64,000 bases of DNA from the NCBI GenBank assembly GCA_964016885.1, contig OZ024741.1, positions 391,034,001-391,098,000 of the forward strand. Reading direction: 5' to 3'. The notes below the pieces were generated by a model. The model worked only from the letters and a program-made list of their open reading frames with translations, searched no databases and was not told the DNA's origin. Positions 13,320 through 27,987 of this stretch are shown here, piece by piece. The stretch comes from Eledone cirrhosa. Its lineage: Eukaryota. Within the stretch, counting starts at the first letter, position 1; each line of letters opens with the position of its first letter. Made by a program: the position numbers and the translations under genes.

Positions 13320-14810
13320 AATTTAGGAATAACTCGCTTCAAAGTTATTATGATAACAAAAAAAATCAACAAATAGTCAAAGAGGAATTGTATATTATGC
13401 TTGTGTGATTGGTTTGGCATGGATGTCTTAAAAGTTGCATGGAACGAATCTTTGATGGAAAGACCACACAAAAGACCACGGCCACCCTGACCACCAGGGA
13501 AAGCGCCCTCTCTCAATTCTCCCACTCCTCAGTCTACAGGCGCATACTCAGAGTGGGCTCGTTCCCTCAGACCAGATTTGCCACTTTCACCCACCGTTCA
13601 ACACACTTACTAGAAGACAGCACTTGCATCTCCACCCTGATTTTCCTCTTCAAAAGTGAAATTTGAAAAAGGTTAATCAGGGATTCGCCGAAGAGGAAAG
13701 TGTCCGTCTTCAATCCTTTCAACCTTGTCCACTATACAATCTCTTTCGCCATGGACACCAAGAAGGACGGCGGGGCTATCTGCCCAATGGACTCAGTCGA
13801 TAACCGGATCCGTCCTACATGTGACAGCAAATGTTCGACATAGCTCCATAAGTCAGCAATGCTCGGACACTGAGTGCGTGCACAACGATTTCGTCACTCT
13901 GCGCGCATCTCGGACAGGTTCAGCTGACGGTACTTCCGGGCCTGTAGAGCTTATTTCGAACCTGCAACGCTCCCCGACAGGGGACAGGGATTTCTGGAAG
14001 TTGTCCATAGGCTCAGGGCTGAAAGTTCTCTTGAAGAGAGCGAATAACTGATCGTCTTCGATGTCCAGGGTCTTATTGTTGTTATTGTTTTTTTGTTGCT
14101 GCTGTTGGGTATGTTTGTCTTGTGTTTGCGATGTTGGTGACTGTGGTGATGCTGGTTGTGGTGTGGTTGTTGTTGGTGGTGATGGTGGCGGTGTTGCTGC
14201 AAGTCCCCTTCCAGCCTTTACCCCTCTTTTTTTGCCCTCACTAATGAAGGGCGAAGATAATTGGTACTTTCTTTTCTTTTTGTGGCAGACCTTTTGCCAT
14301 TCCACTCCCGCCTCACACTCCATGTCGGATTCCGTGGCGTCTGGGAGGGGTAATGAGCTCCATAGCTGTTGGTGGTGGTAGTGGTGACTGTTCATCTTAC
14401 CGCCACTGCTGCCGCTGTTTTAGTTGTCTGTGGCCTTGTTATGGGTGCCACGGACGTTTCTCGCCGACTCACCGAGGAAGGGTCTGACGCCTCGGTTTCT
14501 TGCCCTGTTCCTGATAGCAGCGGACCAGGCGTCGGAAGGAGCGGGGCTTCTTTTTTGCTGTCTTTTGCGGGCAAAATGCCCTGAGGTGACCCTTCGACCC
14601 ACAGAGATAGCACTTTTGGCGCCTTCCTTCCACGACTATAGTCAGTTGGACTCCTTCTTCGAGATCTCTAATGTCCGGGGTAGCCTCGATACACTCCTGG
14701 TCAGTTTGGATTAGCATTTGCATTCCAATACCTGACCAGTTCTCCTTCCCTATCCTCTGTACTTGCAGCGTGGTCGTCCTGTCCAACCTACAAACTAGGC
14801 CCATAACATG
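13320..14810 (-). mobile_element. Internally deleted Tx1/L1-like LINE
   Basis: ORF1 zinc knuckle VEGRRQKCYLCGSKGHLRAFCP; then ORF2 C-terminal pieces MDNFQKSL and ERWVKVA, both also present at 41905-42472. Confidence 0.75.
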
Positions 14811-14814
14811 TCTC

Positions 14815-15440
14815 CCTAGAGCCTACAAGACCGACAAATCATTTGATAATTACAATCTATTTCTAGAAGAGCAGAAAGGATGCTGCAAAGATCAATTAAT
14901 CTGTAAAGAACAATTATTAATCAACACATGCTTTAAGAGAAAACTGTATACGAAGTAAAACAAAATTTAGTATGGCATAGATTATTAACAATGTTCTTTT
15001 GACAATGTTCCTCATACGTGGATACCGAACATACTAGCCTTGAGCAAAGTAGCGCTAGCAATAGAAAACATATATCAAACATGCTATGGGTAAATGGCAA
15101 ATTGTTCTGCAGATACAAACGAAAGATGAACACATAAAAATAGAGCCCATCCCAAATTACCAGATGAATATTTTAATGGGCTTCCATTTCACCTCTTTTG
15201 TCTAGCATTGACGCTATTACCTGAGATACTAAACATGACTGGACTTGGATATAAATGCATGGCAATAAAATTAACCATCTCTTGTATATGATGATCTAAT
15301 GCTGTACACTGCAGTTGAGAGACAACATGAAACACTGCTGCAGAAATAGACAATGAAATTTGAAATAGAAAAATGTGTCACGGCAACCCTGAAGAGAGGA
15401 AAACTAGTGAAAATCTCTAATATCATACTAGATAAAAGAA
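14815..15440 (+). mobile_element. Decayed RT fragment of an R4/Dong-like non-LTR element
   Basis: EEQKGCCKDQL..KEQLLIN; LFCLAL..L...LN.TGLGY; INHLLYM/DDL, with frameshifts. Confidence 0.55.
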
Positions 15441-16180
15441 ACTGTGATAAGAGAATTAGATCAAAGAAAATAGCTAATTCCATACACCAAAGTATCAAAG
15501 TAACTATATAGACTACCCTACCAAACACCCAAACAGTAGACTACCAATATTAGGCACTGAATTCTGAATACTATAAACGAGAAAGCGCAAATATTCCACT
15601 CATATTATGCTAAACCCATGACCTCCAAATACCTTATACACAAAAACTCAGCAATGTTCAATAATGTTAAGTTTAATATCCTGATCGCGGAGTTAGTAAG
15701 AGTGATGAAAAATGTGTCCCGCATGTGCGATCCAATTGAACTAGAAAGGCGCGTACAACACTCCATCTATCGCAAGCAGTTTTCTGGCTACAGCCAAAGA
15801 GACAGAACCAAGGGAACACAGCAAAATACAAGACCCTCATAGAGATGGACATGAAAGATTTTCCTGCTGTACAGGAACAAATCAGGGAATAGTATAGATA
15901 GGACTAGGAAAAATATAAGGAAAACCAACTCATGGTACAACAACCAGAGATACCAGAGTGTCATGCTCGTGAATGCAACCCCTGGAGGCGAACTAGTTAG
16001 TCGATTTAGAAAGGCTCTAAGAAAAACCTATTAAATATTAAAGTGGTAGAAAAGACAGGAACTACCATAAAATCCCTGATCAGTAAAACTTACCCCATTA
16101 AGAAAGCCGGCTCTACAAATAAGAAATGTGTAATATTTACAGTCCTCAAATAGATTGTAAAACTAAAAACGCTGTCTATC
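15440..16180 (+). mobile_element. Decayed PLE thumb/linker fragment (family of 23940-25145)
   Basis: KPMTSKYLIHKNSAM..; VMLVNATPGGEL; IKVVEKTGTTIKSLISKT matches the 24093 ORF. Confidence 0.7.
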
Positions 16181-16419
16181 AATCACCTCTACGTTTCATC
16201 TACCTTTTACTCACTGTTTCTGTTTCTTCTTATTCATTACTGGCCAATGATGTCTGTCCTTATGGGTATTTTTACCCGACTTACATGCTGTTGTCATTGA
16301 CGGCTCGTATATATATCGTTATTTTCTCAAAGAAACTGTAGTAAGGACATTAAAGTAAGTAGGTAAAGATTTTTCTCTTGTCCACAATTACTACCCTCAT
16401 GTTTGCTTTTCCCATATAT

Positions 16420-16547
16420 GATTTTATTAAGCCGAAACCGCTTGGCGCCACGGTCGGGATTTTATATGCCTCCATATCCACTCTGAATCTCCCCATGCAT
16501 TGAGTACTCCCATGATTAGTGGTCTCCCCAGTCTAGCGCCGCAGACT
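16420..16547 (+). mobile_element. PLE-like terminal fragment abutting (TA)n
   Basis: GCCGAAACCG...CGGTC hammerhead 3' half, then GCATTGAGTAC, then (TA)n. Confidence 0.5.
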
Positions 16548-16596
16548 ATATATATATATAACGTCCATATATATATATATATATTTATATAAAATG

Positions 16597-16675
<79 letters not shown>

Positions 16676-16679
<4 letters not shown>

Positions 16680-16743
16680 GTCCAAACCCATGCAAGCGTG
16701 GAAGATGGACGTTAAACGATGATGATGATGATGATGATGATGA

Positions 16744-16746
<3 letters not shown>
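16676..16746 (+). mobile_element. RTE 3' terminus with (GAT)n tail
   Basis: Reverse complement of 45509-45573, the end of the RTE element. Confidence 0.8.
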
Positions 16747-16806
<60 letters not shown>

Positions 16807-17254
16807 TATATACATATATGTATATAAATATGTATATATATATGTATATGTATATATATATGTATATATATATATATATATATAATGAAAAATGGAACGG
16901 GAACATATATATACACACACATACATACATACATATATATACATACATAATACATACATATATACATACACATATTAATAACAATAATAATAATAATAAT
17001 AACAATAATAATAACGACAACAACAACAATAATAATATACATATACATATATATATACACACACACGCACACACATAAACATATCTATACACACACACGA
17101 TAGCAACTAACAGCACTGCGATCGAATGTTGCTTTTTAGCCCAGCCAATGATCTAAAATGTCTTGCACAGAGTCGGCAACCAAAACATTCACTGGGAATA
17201 GCCGGCTGTGGTTGGAGTTCATGTACTTTTGCATGTCGCTTGAGCCCTCCCACC

Positions 17255-17409
17255 ACTGGGAATGAAGAACCCCTAGCCCTTGTCAGGGCATTCTTCTAGG
17301 AGAAGGCATCTCAGGAAACTGCGGCTCAGTAGTTACCGATGATGTTGATCTTTTCTTCTTTTCGGGTTATAGCTACTGTCGCTCAGAGAGTGGCATTGGC
17401 TCAGTGCAC
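17255..17409 (+). repeat. Dispersed repeat, possibly a LINE 5' region; second copy at ~18545-18722
   Basis: Near-identical CCCCTAGCC..TGTCAGGGCATTCTTCTAGGAGAAGGCA...GGCTCAGTGCAC on both sides of globin exon 1. Confidence 0.7.
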
Positions 17410-17413
17410 ATAC

Positions 17414-17478
<65 letters not shown>

Positions 17479-17479
<1 letters not shown>

Positions 17480-17700
17480 TAGGGCGGGTAAAATTCCCGA
17501 GATCCATGGACGAGTTCTCTCCAGCGGTCTCTGTCCCTCATTATCGCTGTCATGTCCTGCGTCTCCAACAGACCAGTGTCTGTCCTTAGGGCATCAACAT
17601 ACGTTAACCTTGGTCTTCCTCTTCCAGTGTGTCCATGTAGTGGTTCCCACAGGAGCACTGAGTGCAATGTCAACTCTGGATGTCGGTGAGCATGTCCATG
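17479..17700 (-). mobile_element. RTE-like LINE ORF 3' end
   Basis: HGHAHRHPE...VLLWEPLHGHTGRGRPRLTYVDAL...MRDRDRWR. Confidence 0.75.
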
Positions 17701-18013
17701 TATATATTCACGCATGTATATATATATATATAAATATATACATGCATGTATGTATGTATATGTGTGTGTATGTTTACGCTTGTATCTGTATGTCTTTATA
17801 TAATCCATAAGTTAGTTGTTCGACAATAAAGTACTGGAGCCGATATAATCGACAAAATCATGTCTTCACGACTGCAGCATTGAATATGGCCACAATCTTA
17901 TAAATAATAAATAAAAAATAAAAAGAATGAAAATGAATGAATTTAAAACAAAATGAATGACAAAAGAGTATAAACACGAAAGAAGAGAAATAAAGATTCA
18001 ATTCCATATTTAC

Positions 18014-18207
18014 CTGAGAAAAGTTATTACACCAACTTTGGCTATATCAGCTTGAACCATTTTCCACGAGTTTCGAATGAGTAGTTTTTGATTATCAGTA
18101 AAAGGAGGTCTCTCTTTTATTGGACGGCTATTTTTTCGTTCGGAACTTTTATTATTTTCACTCTCCAACGATAACTTCTTCTCAATTGATGAGTTCCTAC
18201 AACCCAT
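18014..18207 (-). CDS. Globin coding exon 1 (N-terminal extension plus helices A-B)
   Basis: MGCRNSS...FTDNQKLLIRNSWKMVQADIAKVGVITFL; AG/GTAAAT phase-2 donor joins in frame to 13020; an acceptor at 18241 implies a further upstream exon; in-frame ATG also at 18240. Confidence 0.9.
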
Positions 18208-18349
18208 TGCAGTGTGCCACCAAAGCACGTCTCCAATCATCTAGAGAAGAAAAAGATAAGAAAATGAAGTATAAATATTCATATAGATATACACACACAT
18301 ATGCACACACACATGTACACACAGGCACACACACGCACATATATATATA

Positions 18350-18406
<57 letters not shown>

Positions 18407-18912
18407 CACAAATAATAGATCACCAAGGTTTAAGAATCCATACATTATTCATTTGATTTACATATTTTTCCTTCTACTCTATTTTGTAGAGATATGAAGA
18501 GAACCAATAGTCCAGCTGGACGCCCGATCGCGTGGTTAAACCACTGGGTGTGAAGGACCCCTAGCCTTTGTCAGGGCATTCTTCTAGGAGAAGGCAACTC
18601 AGGAAACTGGGATAACTCCGATATAAAACCTGCGGCTCAGTAGTTACCAATTATGTTGATCTTTTCTTCTTTTCGGGTTATAGCTACTGTCGCTCAGAGA
18701 GTGGGATTGGCTCAGTGCACAGTCTTTCCTCACTTTAAAAAGAATCTTCACACACAGGCATTGCACGATAGAATTAATTAATAATTATTAATAATAATAT
18801 ATCGTGAAATGCCCATACTCGATAACGAGGGGGCAGCCATCATATATATATATATGTATGTATATGAGTTGGGATTTGGCCGGAGTATCGCTATTAGCTT
18901 TCTCCGATTATG

Positions 18913-18944
<32 letters not shown>

Positions 18945-18949
<5 letters not shown>

Positions 18950-20017
18950 TAATAAAATAATGAATAAACAAAGAAACAGTTCCTTATATTAAAAAATTCA
19001 TCATTTTACGATCGTTTCTAGGATATATATGTTAGTGTTGGTATGCATATCCTATAGATCTATGTAAAATTTTTACAAACTATCAGAGGGAATATACATA
19101 CCTACACATATATATGCTGTCTTCAGAAATAATTTTTTTTTTAACAACATTCTTCAATTACATCTAACTCTTATTTATCATATCTATATGAATTAATATA
19201 AATTTATCAATATAAATATACCTATCAATTAAATTAATTTATTTTCTTTTTATAGATGTAAATTCCTTATGTTTTAAATAAGATTGATATTTTTCACTAA
19301 CACATTTATCGTAAAATTTTATACTCCTTAGATTTTAACATTAGCATTATTGTTTTATAACATCAAATTTTCGTGTACCTTTCACCGGCTTGACCTATTT
19401 TCATCCCCAAAGTAATCTTTTCATTCAAAATACTCTTTCCATTCAAAACTGAAGTCTGCTTTCCTCTACCCCTAAATTAAATTTCTATTACTACTATTCT
19501 ACCATCTTGACCTCTTACTACTTTTCTATTGGTCAATTCAAAACCTGTTCCCAAACAGACCTATTATATTAAATCTTTGTTGGTTTTTTTCAATAAACAA
19601 ATATCATTATTTCTGTGCCTTTCATCCTTATGGGGTCGATAAAATAAAGTACCAGTAATGTACTGGATAATTGCTGGCCTTGTGCCAAAAGTAGAAACAA
19701 TTATTTCTGAAGACAGCATATATATGTGTAGGTATGTATATTCCCTCTGATAGTTTGTAAAAATTTTACATAGATCTATATGATATACATACCAACACAC
19801 ACATATATATCCTAGAAACGATCGTAAAATGATGAATTTTTTAATATAAGGAACTGTTTCTTTGTTTTTATTCATTATTTTTATTTATTTATCTTGATTC
19901 TGTTTTCCTGTGTTTTTCATCGAAAAAATTTTGAATACATCTTCTCTTTTCATGATATTTGGATTACATTGAGTTCTTCATACGGATTGGACACTACCGT
20001 ATATTTTGGTAGATTTA

Positions 20018-20020
<3 letters not shown>
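18945..20020. mobile_element. PLE inverted terminal insertion (ACGATCGT-hammerhead family) with a nested SINE piece at 19615-19703
   Basis: Inverted arm 18945-19115 (short end); direct arm to 20020 (long end); hammerheads on both strands. Confidence 0.8.
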
Positions 20021-20056
<36 letters not shown>

Positions 20057-20060
<4 letters not shown>

Positions 20061-20960
20061 TAATAAAATAATGAATAAACAAAGAAACAGTTCCTTATAT
20101 TAAAAAATTCATCATTTTACGATCGTTTCTAGGATATATATGTTAGTGTTAGTATGCATATCCTATAGATCTATGTAACATTTTTACAAACTATCAGAGG
20201 GAATATACATACCTACACATATATATGCTGTCTTCAGAAATAATGATATTTGTTTATTGAAAAAAACCAACAAAGATTTAATACAATAGGTCTGTTTGGG
20301 AACAGGTTTTGAATTGACCAATAGAAAGATAGTGAAGGTCAAGATAGTAATATAGTAGTAAAAGAACCTTAATTTATGGGTAGAGGAAGGTAGATTTCAG
20401 TTTTGGATGGAAAGAATATTATGAATGAAAGATTATTTTAGGGATGAGAATAGGTCATATGCTGACCTCAGAAATAATTATATTTGTTCATTGAATAAAA
20501 CCAACACATATTTAATATGGTAGGTTTGTTTGGGAACAGGTTTTGAATTAACCAATAGAAAGGTAATAATTGGCCAAATGGTAAAATAGTAGTAATTGAA
20601 ATTTATTTTGGGGTAGAAGAAGGCAGATTTCAGTTTTGAATGGAAGGAGTATGAAGAATGAAAAGTTTATTTTAGGGGTGAAAATAGGTCAGGTCAGTAA
20701 AAGGTAACACGAAAAGTTGCTGTTATAGAAGAATAATACCAATGTAAATATCTAAGGAGACTAAAATTTTACGATAAAAGTGTTAGTGAAAAAAATATAT
20801 ATGGAATTTACATCTATGAAAATAAAATAAATTAATTTAATTGATGGGTATATTTATATTGATAAAATTATATTAATGCTTATAGATATGATAAATAAGA
20901 GTTAGATGTAATTGAAGAGTGGTGTTAAAGACGAGGGGGAATTAAAAAAAAATATAAAAG

Positions 20961-21050
<90 letters not shown>

Positions 21051-21385
21051 TGGGGGGGAGGGAGTTAAATTTATTAGTGAGAAATAATAAATATATAGAG
21101 ATTTCAAGGAACATAGAATCATAACCTGAAATTAAAACATTATATATGTTTACTTAATGGTATCAATTTTAGGAAAAGATAGTTGTAAGAAGGAAAGTAA
21201 AATTATGAAGTTCATCAGTAGTAGAATATTAATTATTGGTTAACTAAATTAAAAATAGTTTTTATATTAATTTCTAAAATGTATATTAATTAGGTTTATA
21301 ATATTTAAAGGTTTTTCTCAGTTTATGATTACACGATATTATTAATTCCTGTCGCTTATTTAATAGGATATCCTTAGATTTATCT
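20057..21385 (-). mobile_element. 5'-truncated PLE of the same family
   Basis: Reverse complement of a 10250-11270-like sequence including KDILLNKRQEL..CNH; internal ~240-bp duplication. Confidence 0.75.
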
Positions 21386-21457
21386 ACATATATATATATA
21401 TATGTATATATGTATGTGTATATATATATATGTATGTTTATATATATATATATATAC

Positions 21458-23253
21458 TAACACCCCCACCCATCCCCCTATCACACGCGCACCCACACCC
21501 TCAACACGCACACACCCACCAGTACATATATACACTCACTCACGCTATTCACACACCCTACTACCATCACTAACTTCCACCCATACATCCACAGCTGACC
21601 ACCCCACCACTAATAATACTAAACAACCCCCTAACCCACCTTCCCCCTGACCACACACACGAACACATACCATCACACATACACTCACCCACACCAACGT
21701 ACACACCGATACACCACCCACTCTACACCCACACTACCACCACTAACCCCAACACACACACCTGCCTTCAACCCCTCCCCACACCACCAACCATACTAAC
21801 ACCCACTCTACCACACACACACTCATATCCAAACACGCACACACACGCCAGTACATTACACTTCCTCCGACTGTCCCCAGCACCTTCCCCCCACACTACG
21901 AACACCCCCCCCCCACATACATCCCACTAACACCTCCACTAATATACAACCCCACACACATCCTCTCCCTCAACCTTTCTCACATACTCATCCCCTCTCC
22001 TATCCACCGCACCTCCGCACACAGACACACACATTCCACACCACATACAGACCATCTTCATACCTGTCACTACCCTGCCTGCTGTCACCTTACTACTGCT
22101 ATCGTTGCGCGCGCACCCCACAACTCTCCACTTCCTCACTACCATACCAAGATTTTATACCACCGCTCTACCGCTCCAACCATCGACCCTGTCACGATCG
22201 GAATCTTCAACATTCGGTCATACAATCCTTGGTAAAACATCCACGAACACACACACAAACACTTACAGTATTTTCCAACCACGCCACCATACATCCACAC
22301 ACAAAAACACACACACACACACACGTGCGTTTCCTCACATGCACACACTCAGCCTCCGGACTCCACACGCCGCCTCTCCCCCACCCCCTCTGACCCCTCT
22401 CCATCCACATGCACACACACACACCGACTTTCACCCCACCCCATGTACGCACTGGAATATTGTCGACAGGGCTGCACCGTACAACTTCAAGAGGAAATGC
22501 GATCTTTGCCTCATGGAGCTCTACCACATCATAACTGCACCCCACGAGCTCATCAACAACAGAGCTGAAACAGCGATAAGTTGTACACATCGCTTAAAAA
22601 TATCCTTCTTCAGATGGGTTAAGGATGAGGAGTGAAACCGTGCACCGGATCTCCCTGCAACAAGTCTTAACACCCCGGCGGGCAGGCGCTGCAAAAGAAC
22701 ACCCAGGAAACTATCCTTACATACCAGACCCAGCCTCAAACGACTCAGACAAACAGATGCAGCAAAACAAACTCTCAAAATAAGCGTTGATTACATGCAT
22801 ATCCACAATGGTAAGGTTGTAACCTCATCTCGTAGCGGATAAAAAAAATTTGTCCGGGAAAGACTGCCCTAACACCGGCCAGAGTTACCTCCCTTGACCT
22901 GCTGCAAAATCAAAACAAGCTATTTTTGCGAGCAATGAACCTTGACGTGGATTTAACCCCCAAAACTCTTTCCGAGGAACACTTTTGATTATTTATGCCC
23001 TTCAGAAGCCCAACTGGGCGAAACGTACGTAGGTGCTGTTTTAAATAAACATGTTTTAACGGTCTATTCTCCGATTTCTTACTTTCCCACGTGCTTACGC
23101 TCTGCTAATTCTCTAGCCCATTAAATATTAACATTTCGAATATTTAATACTGCCGGCACTAGTATCGAGAACCTTTGGCATACGCTACTTGGCAAATAAC
23201 TATATGTATCACCTATCTTCCCCCTTTTGTTTCTCTCTCTCGATACGTAAATA

Positions 23254-23255
<2 letters not shown>
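21458..23255 (+). mobile_element. PLE 3' part with a CA-rich low-complexity region, endonuclease C-terminus and degenerate hammerhead
   Basis: HWNIVDRAAPY..KRKCDLCLMELYHI...INNRAE.AISCTHR (stop 22635); GCCCAACTGGGCGAAACGTACGTA at ~23008. Confidence 0.7.
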
Positions 23256-23326
<71 letters not shown>

Positions 23327-23480
23327 CTTTAGTAATCCAGTGAAACTACACACCGATTGGTCGAAATACAGTTTGCAAGATTTAGCATTCTGGAGCCACT
23401 TTTTCACTGTATATAAGGCACAAAATTTACCTATCTCATTACAGCTGAAAATTGCAAACTTGACTGTCACCACACATTAT

Positions 23481-23517
23481 GAACCTGATGATTGCGAAAG
23501 CATGAAAGTACTTGTTC
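23481..23517 (+). ncRNA. Minimal type I hammerhead ribozyme motif
   Basis: GAAC-CTGATGA-TTGC GAAA GCAT-GAAA-GTAC-TT-GTTC; palindromic stem III. Confidence 0.75.
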
Positions 23518-23630
23518 AATTAACACTTAACATTTAATATTCTACCATACTATTTCATTCTAATACCATTATACATTTTAAAGGATTGTAAATAAAACGA
23601 GTAAATCAGACAAAATTGGAATTCCTTTTA

Positions 23631-23669
<39 letters not shown>

Positions 23670-23672
<3 letters not shown>

Positions 23673-23910
23673 AAAAAGTATGACCCCGACGGCAGAGCTC
23701 AAGCCATTTCGACGGCTATTTCTGGACGTGTATATACATTTGTAGGTGCATATACACACATTTATACACAGTCCAGAAATAGCCGTCGAAACGGCTTGAG
23801 CTCTGCCGTCGGGGTCATACTTTTTCCTATTTACCACTCTACTATTCTAAGTATTGAGTACTCTGGTGCGTTATGGTCCATCTGGTTCCTTACCACATTT
23901 CCTTTGTTAA
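23670..23910 (+). mobile_element. Mini-insertion of the PLE terminal module (sister subfamily)
   Basis: Same two termini; both arms share private variants (GGTCATACTTTTTCC). Confidence 0.85.
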
Positions 23911-23939
23911 ATATATATATATATATATATATATACAAA

Positions 23940-25140
23940 TGAGCCACGGAGAGTATAAGACCCTCATAGAAATGGACACGAAAGGAAGTTTCACATTATA
24001 CAGGAGCAAATCATGGAATAGCTTAGCTAGTACTAAACAAAAGATAGGGAAAGCCACCCTCATGGTACGACAACCAGAGATACCCGAGTGTTATGTTCGT
24101 GGATGCTACCCCTGGGTCGTGGAGGGAGGGGGGAGGATTAGCTAACCAATGTAGAAAGGCCCTAAGAAAGACCCACTTAAAGATTAAAGTGGTAGAAAAA
24201 CCAGGAACTACCATAAAATCCCTGATCAGCAAAACATACCTCTTTAAGAAAACCCACTGTTCTAATAAGAAATGTGTTATATGTAAAGCGAACCTCCAGA
24301 AAAACAGTAAAACTAGAAATGTAGTCTATAGTATAAGATGTACAGAGGGTACTTGCAGAAACATGACAATGACATACATAGGCGAGACAGCTCGAAGTAT
24401 AGGAGAAAGAATAGACCAATACTGGGGGGAATTAAAAGGACAACAAAAAAAAAACGGTTCAGTACTATACGAACACACCAGACAAAGACATGACGGTAAT
24501 ATAGACAACATAGAAATTAATATATCTAAACATAGAAATGACTCAACAGGTAGACAAATCAGAGAAGCAACTGAGATAAAACTAAGAAAACCAAAGTTGA
24601 ACAGAAAGAACGAATGGAATAACAACAACCATACCCAAACAAACAATACTGGCTTAAGGGAAATATAAATAAATAAATAAACAAATATATACACAAGTAC
24701 AATAACAACAAACACATATAAACACACACTAGTGAACAAAGATAGAATACAAAAACAAAAACACATACACACAAACGCGAACACACACACCAAACATTAT
24801 ACACACACGCCTCCGCATGCGCAGAGACGGAGACAAAAATAAATGAATAAATAAATAAAATAATAATGGCGTGAACAATACAACACAAGAGAAGGGAACA
24901 TGAAAATAGTATCACTGATGATGTTGCAGATGTACAACGAAAGAATTTGTTAGACTATATATATATATTTATATCTGTATTTTTAACCGATGGTCAGTCA
25001 ATGATAAACATTGACTGCCAAATAAATTAACTATCGAGATATAAAAGATGCAGAAGCGAACACCAACCAAACAGTGAGTGTGTTCTGTTATAATTTCTGG
25101 CAATATTTTTACAAAAATATGACCCTCCCGTAGTATAACA

Positions 25141-25145
<5 letters not shown>
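23940..25145 (+). mobile_element. 5'-truncated PLE with a GIY-YIG endonuclease (CCHH type), 3' UTR and hammerhead
   Basis: ORF 24093-24668: CSNKKCVIC linker, VVYSIRC..C..YIGETARSIGER, H....H, RQIREA, LNRKNEW; CTGATGA..GAAA at 24915. Confidence 0.85.
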
Positions 25146-25182
<37 letters not shown>

Positions 25183-25185
<3 letters not shown>

Positions 25186-25314
25186 GACGGCAGAGCTCAA
25201 AGTTTGAGCTCTGCCGTCGGGGTCATACTTTTTCCTATTTCCCACTCTACTACCCTAAGTATTGAGTAATCTGGTGCGTTATGGTCCATCTGGTTCCTTA
25301 CCACAATTCCTTTG

Positions 25315-25318
<4 letters not shown>
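25183..25318 (+). mobile_element. Mini-insertion of the PLE terminal module
   Basis: Short inverted arm plus direct arm ending CCTTTGTTA-(TA)n. Confidence 0.85.
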
Positions 25319-25377
<59 letters not shown>

Positions 25378-25615
25378 TATATGTAAATATGCATATATAT
25401 ATATGTAAATATGTATATTTACATATATATATATATATATATATATGTAAATATGTATATATATATATGTGAATATGAATATATATATGTTAATAAATAT
25501 ATATATATATATATTTATATGTTAATATATATATATATATATATGTAAATATGTATATATATATATATAAATATGTATATATATATGTTAATAAATATAT
25601 ATATATATTTATATG

Positions 25616-25710
<95 letters not shown>

Positions 25711-25771
25711 TAATATATATATATGTTAACATATGTATATATGTATATATATGTTAATATGTATATATATA

Positions 25772-25820
<49 letters not shown>

Positions 25821-25823
<3 letters not shown>

Positions 25824-26001
25824 TAAGTTATTCCGGGTTGAATCGGAGGTAACCACAGTAAGTAAGGTACTCAATACATAGCAGACTATACAAGTTTTAA
25901 TAAAGAGATGAGATTCTACAGGACTAGAACTGTTTCATTCTTTAGAGATTCCTGATGATTTCTAAAGAATGAAACAGTTCTAGTCCTGTAGAATCTCATC
26001 T
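25821..26001. mobile_element. Inverted PLE-end mini-insertion with a hammerhead
   Basis: Palindrome 25907-26001 containing CTGATGA-TTTC..GAAT-GAAACAGTTCTAGTC; long tail with GTATTGAGTAC on the minus strand. Confidence 0.7.
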
Positions 26002-26002
26002 A

Positions 26003-26058
<56 letters not shown>

Positions 26059-26201
26059 TATAAATTATAAATTATGTCCATAGAATCATTTGATAAGATA
26101 TATACTCAATTTCCTCTCCCAATTAGCATAATCAACCGCACAAAAAAACCAATTAAACCAGGCTATAAGATTAAAAGGCACCTACGAAGAAATATGGAAG
26201 G

Positions 26202-26251
<50 letters not shown>

Positions 26252-26436
26252 CCGGCCAAGACTGGAATTGAACCATCAGCAGAGTTGAGGTAGGTCATAC
26301 ATCAATTTATATATTTTATCTGATGAGGACGTACTAAAAAAACAGTATCTCCGAAATATATATAATAAAATATATTTCGATTACGTGAATGTCTACATTT
26401 ATTAATATTTTGAATTAATATATATATATATATATA

Positions 26437-26674
26437 AAGTAAAAAAGATGAAATCGAAAATGCAACTGGAGTCTTATTTAAAAAAAAAATATATATTTAT
26501 TTGGTTCCTTTACGGGTTTCGCAGTTCTTCTGCTTTTCAAAAGTAGAGTTGAGATGGAGGGTCTGATTTTTTAAAATAAGACTCCAGTTGCATTTTCGAT
26601 TTCATCTTTTTTTCTTTATACTTTCACTCGTGTAGGACACCTCGGTTATTTTTCATTTTGTAAAAAAACCTCAC

Positions 26675-26681
<7 letters not shown>
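26437..26681. mobile_element. Inverted PLE-end mini-insertion with a U3-A8 hammerhead
   Basis: Arms 26440-26488 and 26567-26618; minus strand TTGAAAA-GCAG..CTGC-GAAA-CCCG-TA. Confidence 0.65.
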
Positions 26682-26732
<51 letters not shown>

Positions 26733-26780
26733 TAATATGTACACACACACACACATATTTATTAATAAAAAATGTAAATA

Positions 26781-27576
<796 letters not shown>

Positions 27577-27987
27577 CTCACAACATTAAGTTCTTTTCTG
27601 AATATGTCACTATCTGTAAACAAAATTTTGTATATTATCTGATGATTTTATTTGAAAATGTTGGTACCCTTGAAATATATATAATAAAATAAATTTGGTT
27701 TTATAAAGATAGCTTCCATTTATTAATATTATTGATATATATGTAAATACGTATATATATATATATATATAAAGATTTACATATACACAAACCAGACAAA
27801 GTCATAGATATGCTTTTGGCAACCATTCACGATGTGGCTCAATGAAGAATTAATAAATTAAATGATTGGTTGATTATGCTAATTGGGAGAGGAAATTGAG
27901 TATATATCTTATCAAATGATTCTGAGGACATAATTTATTATATATACACATATATACACACACACATATAAATATATAGTGAAATAT

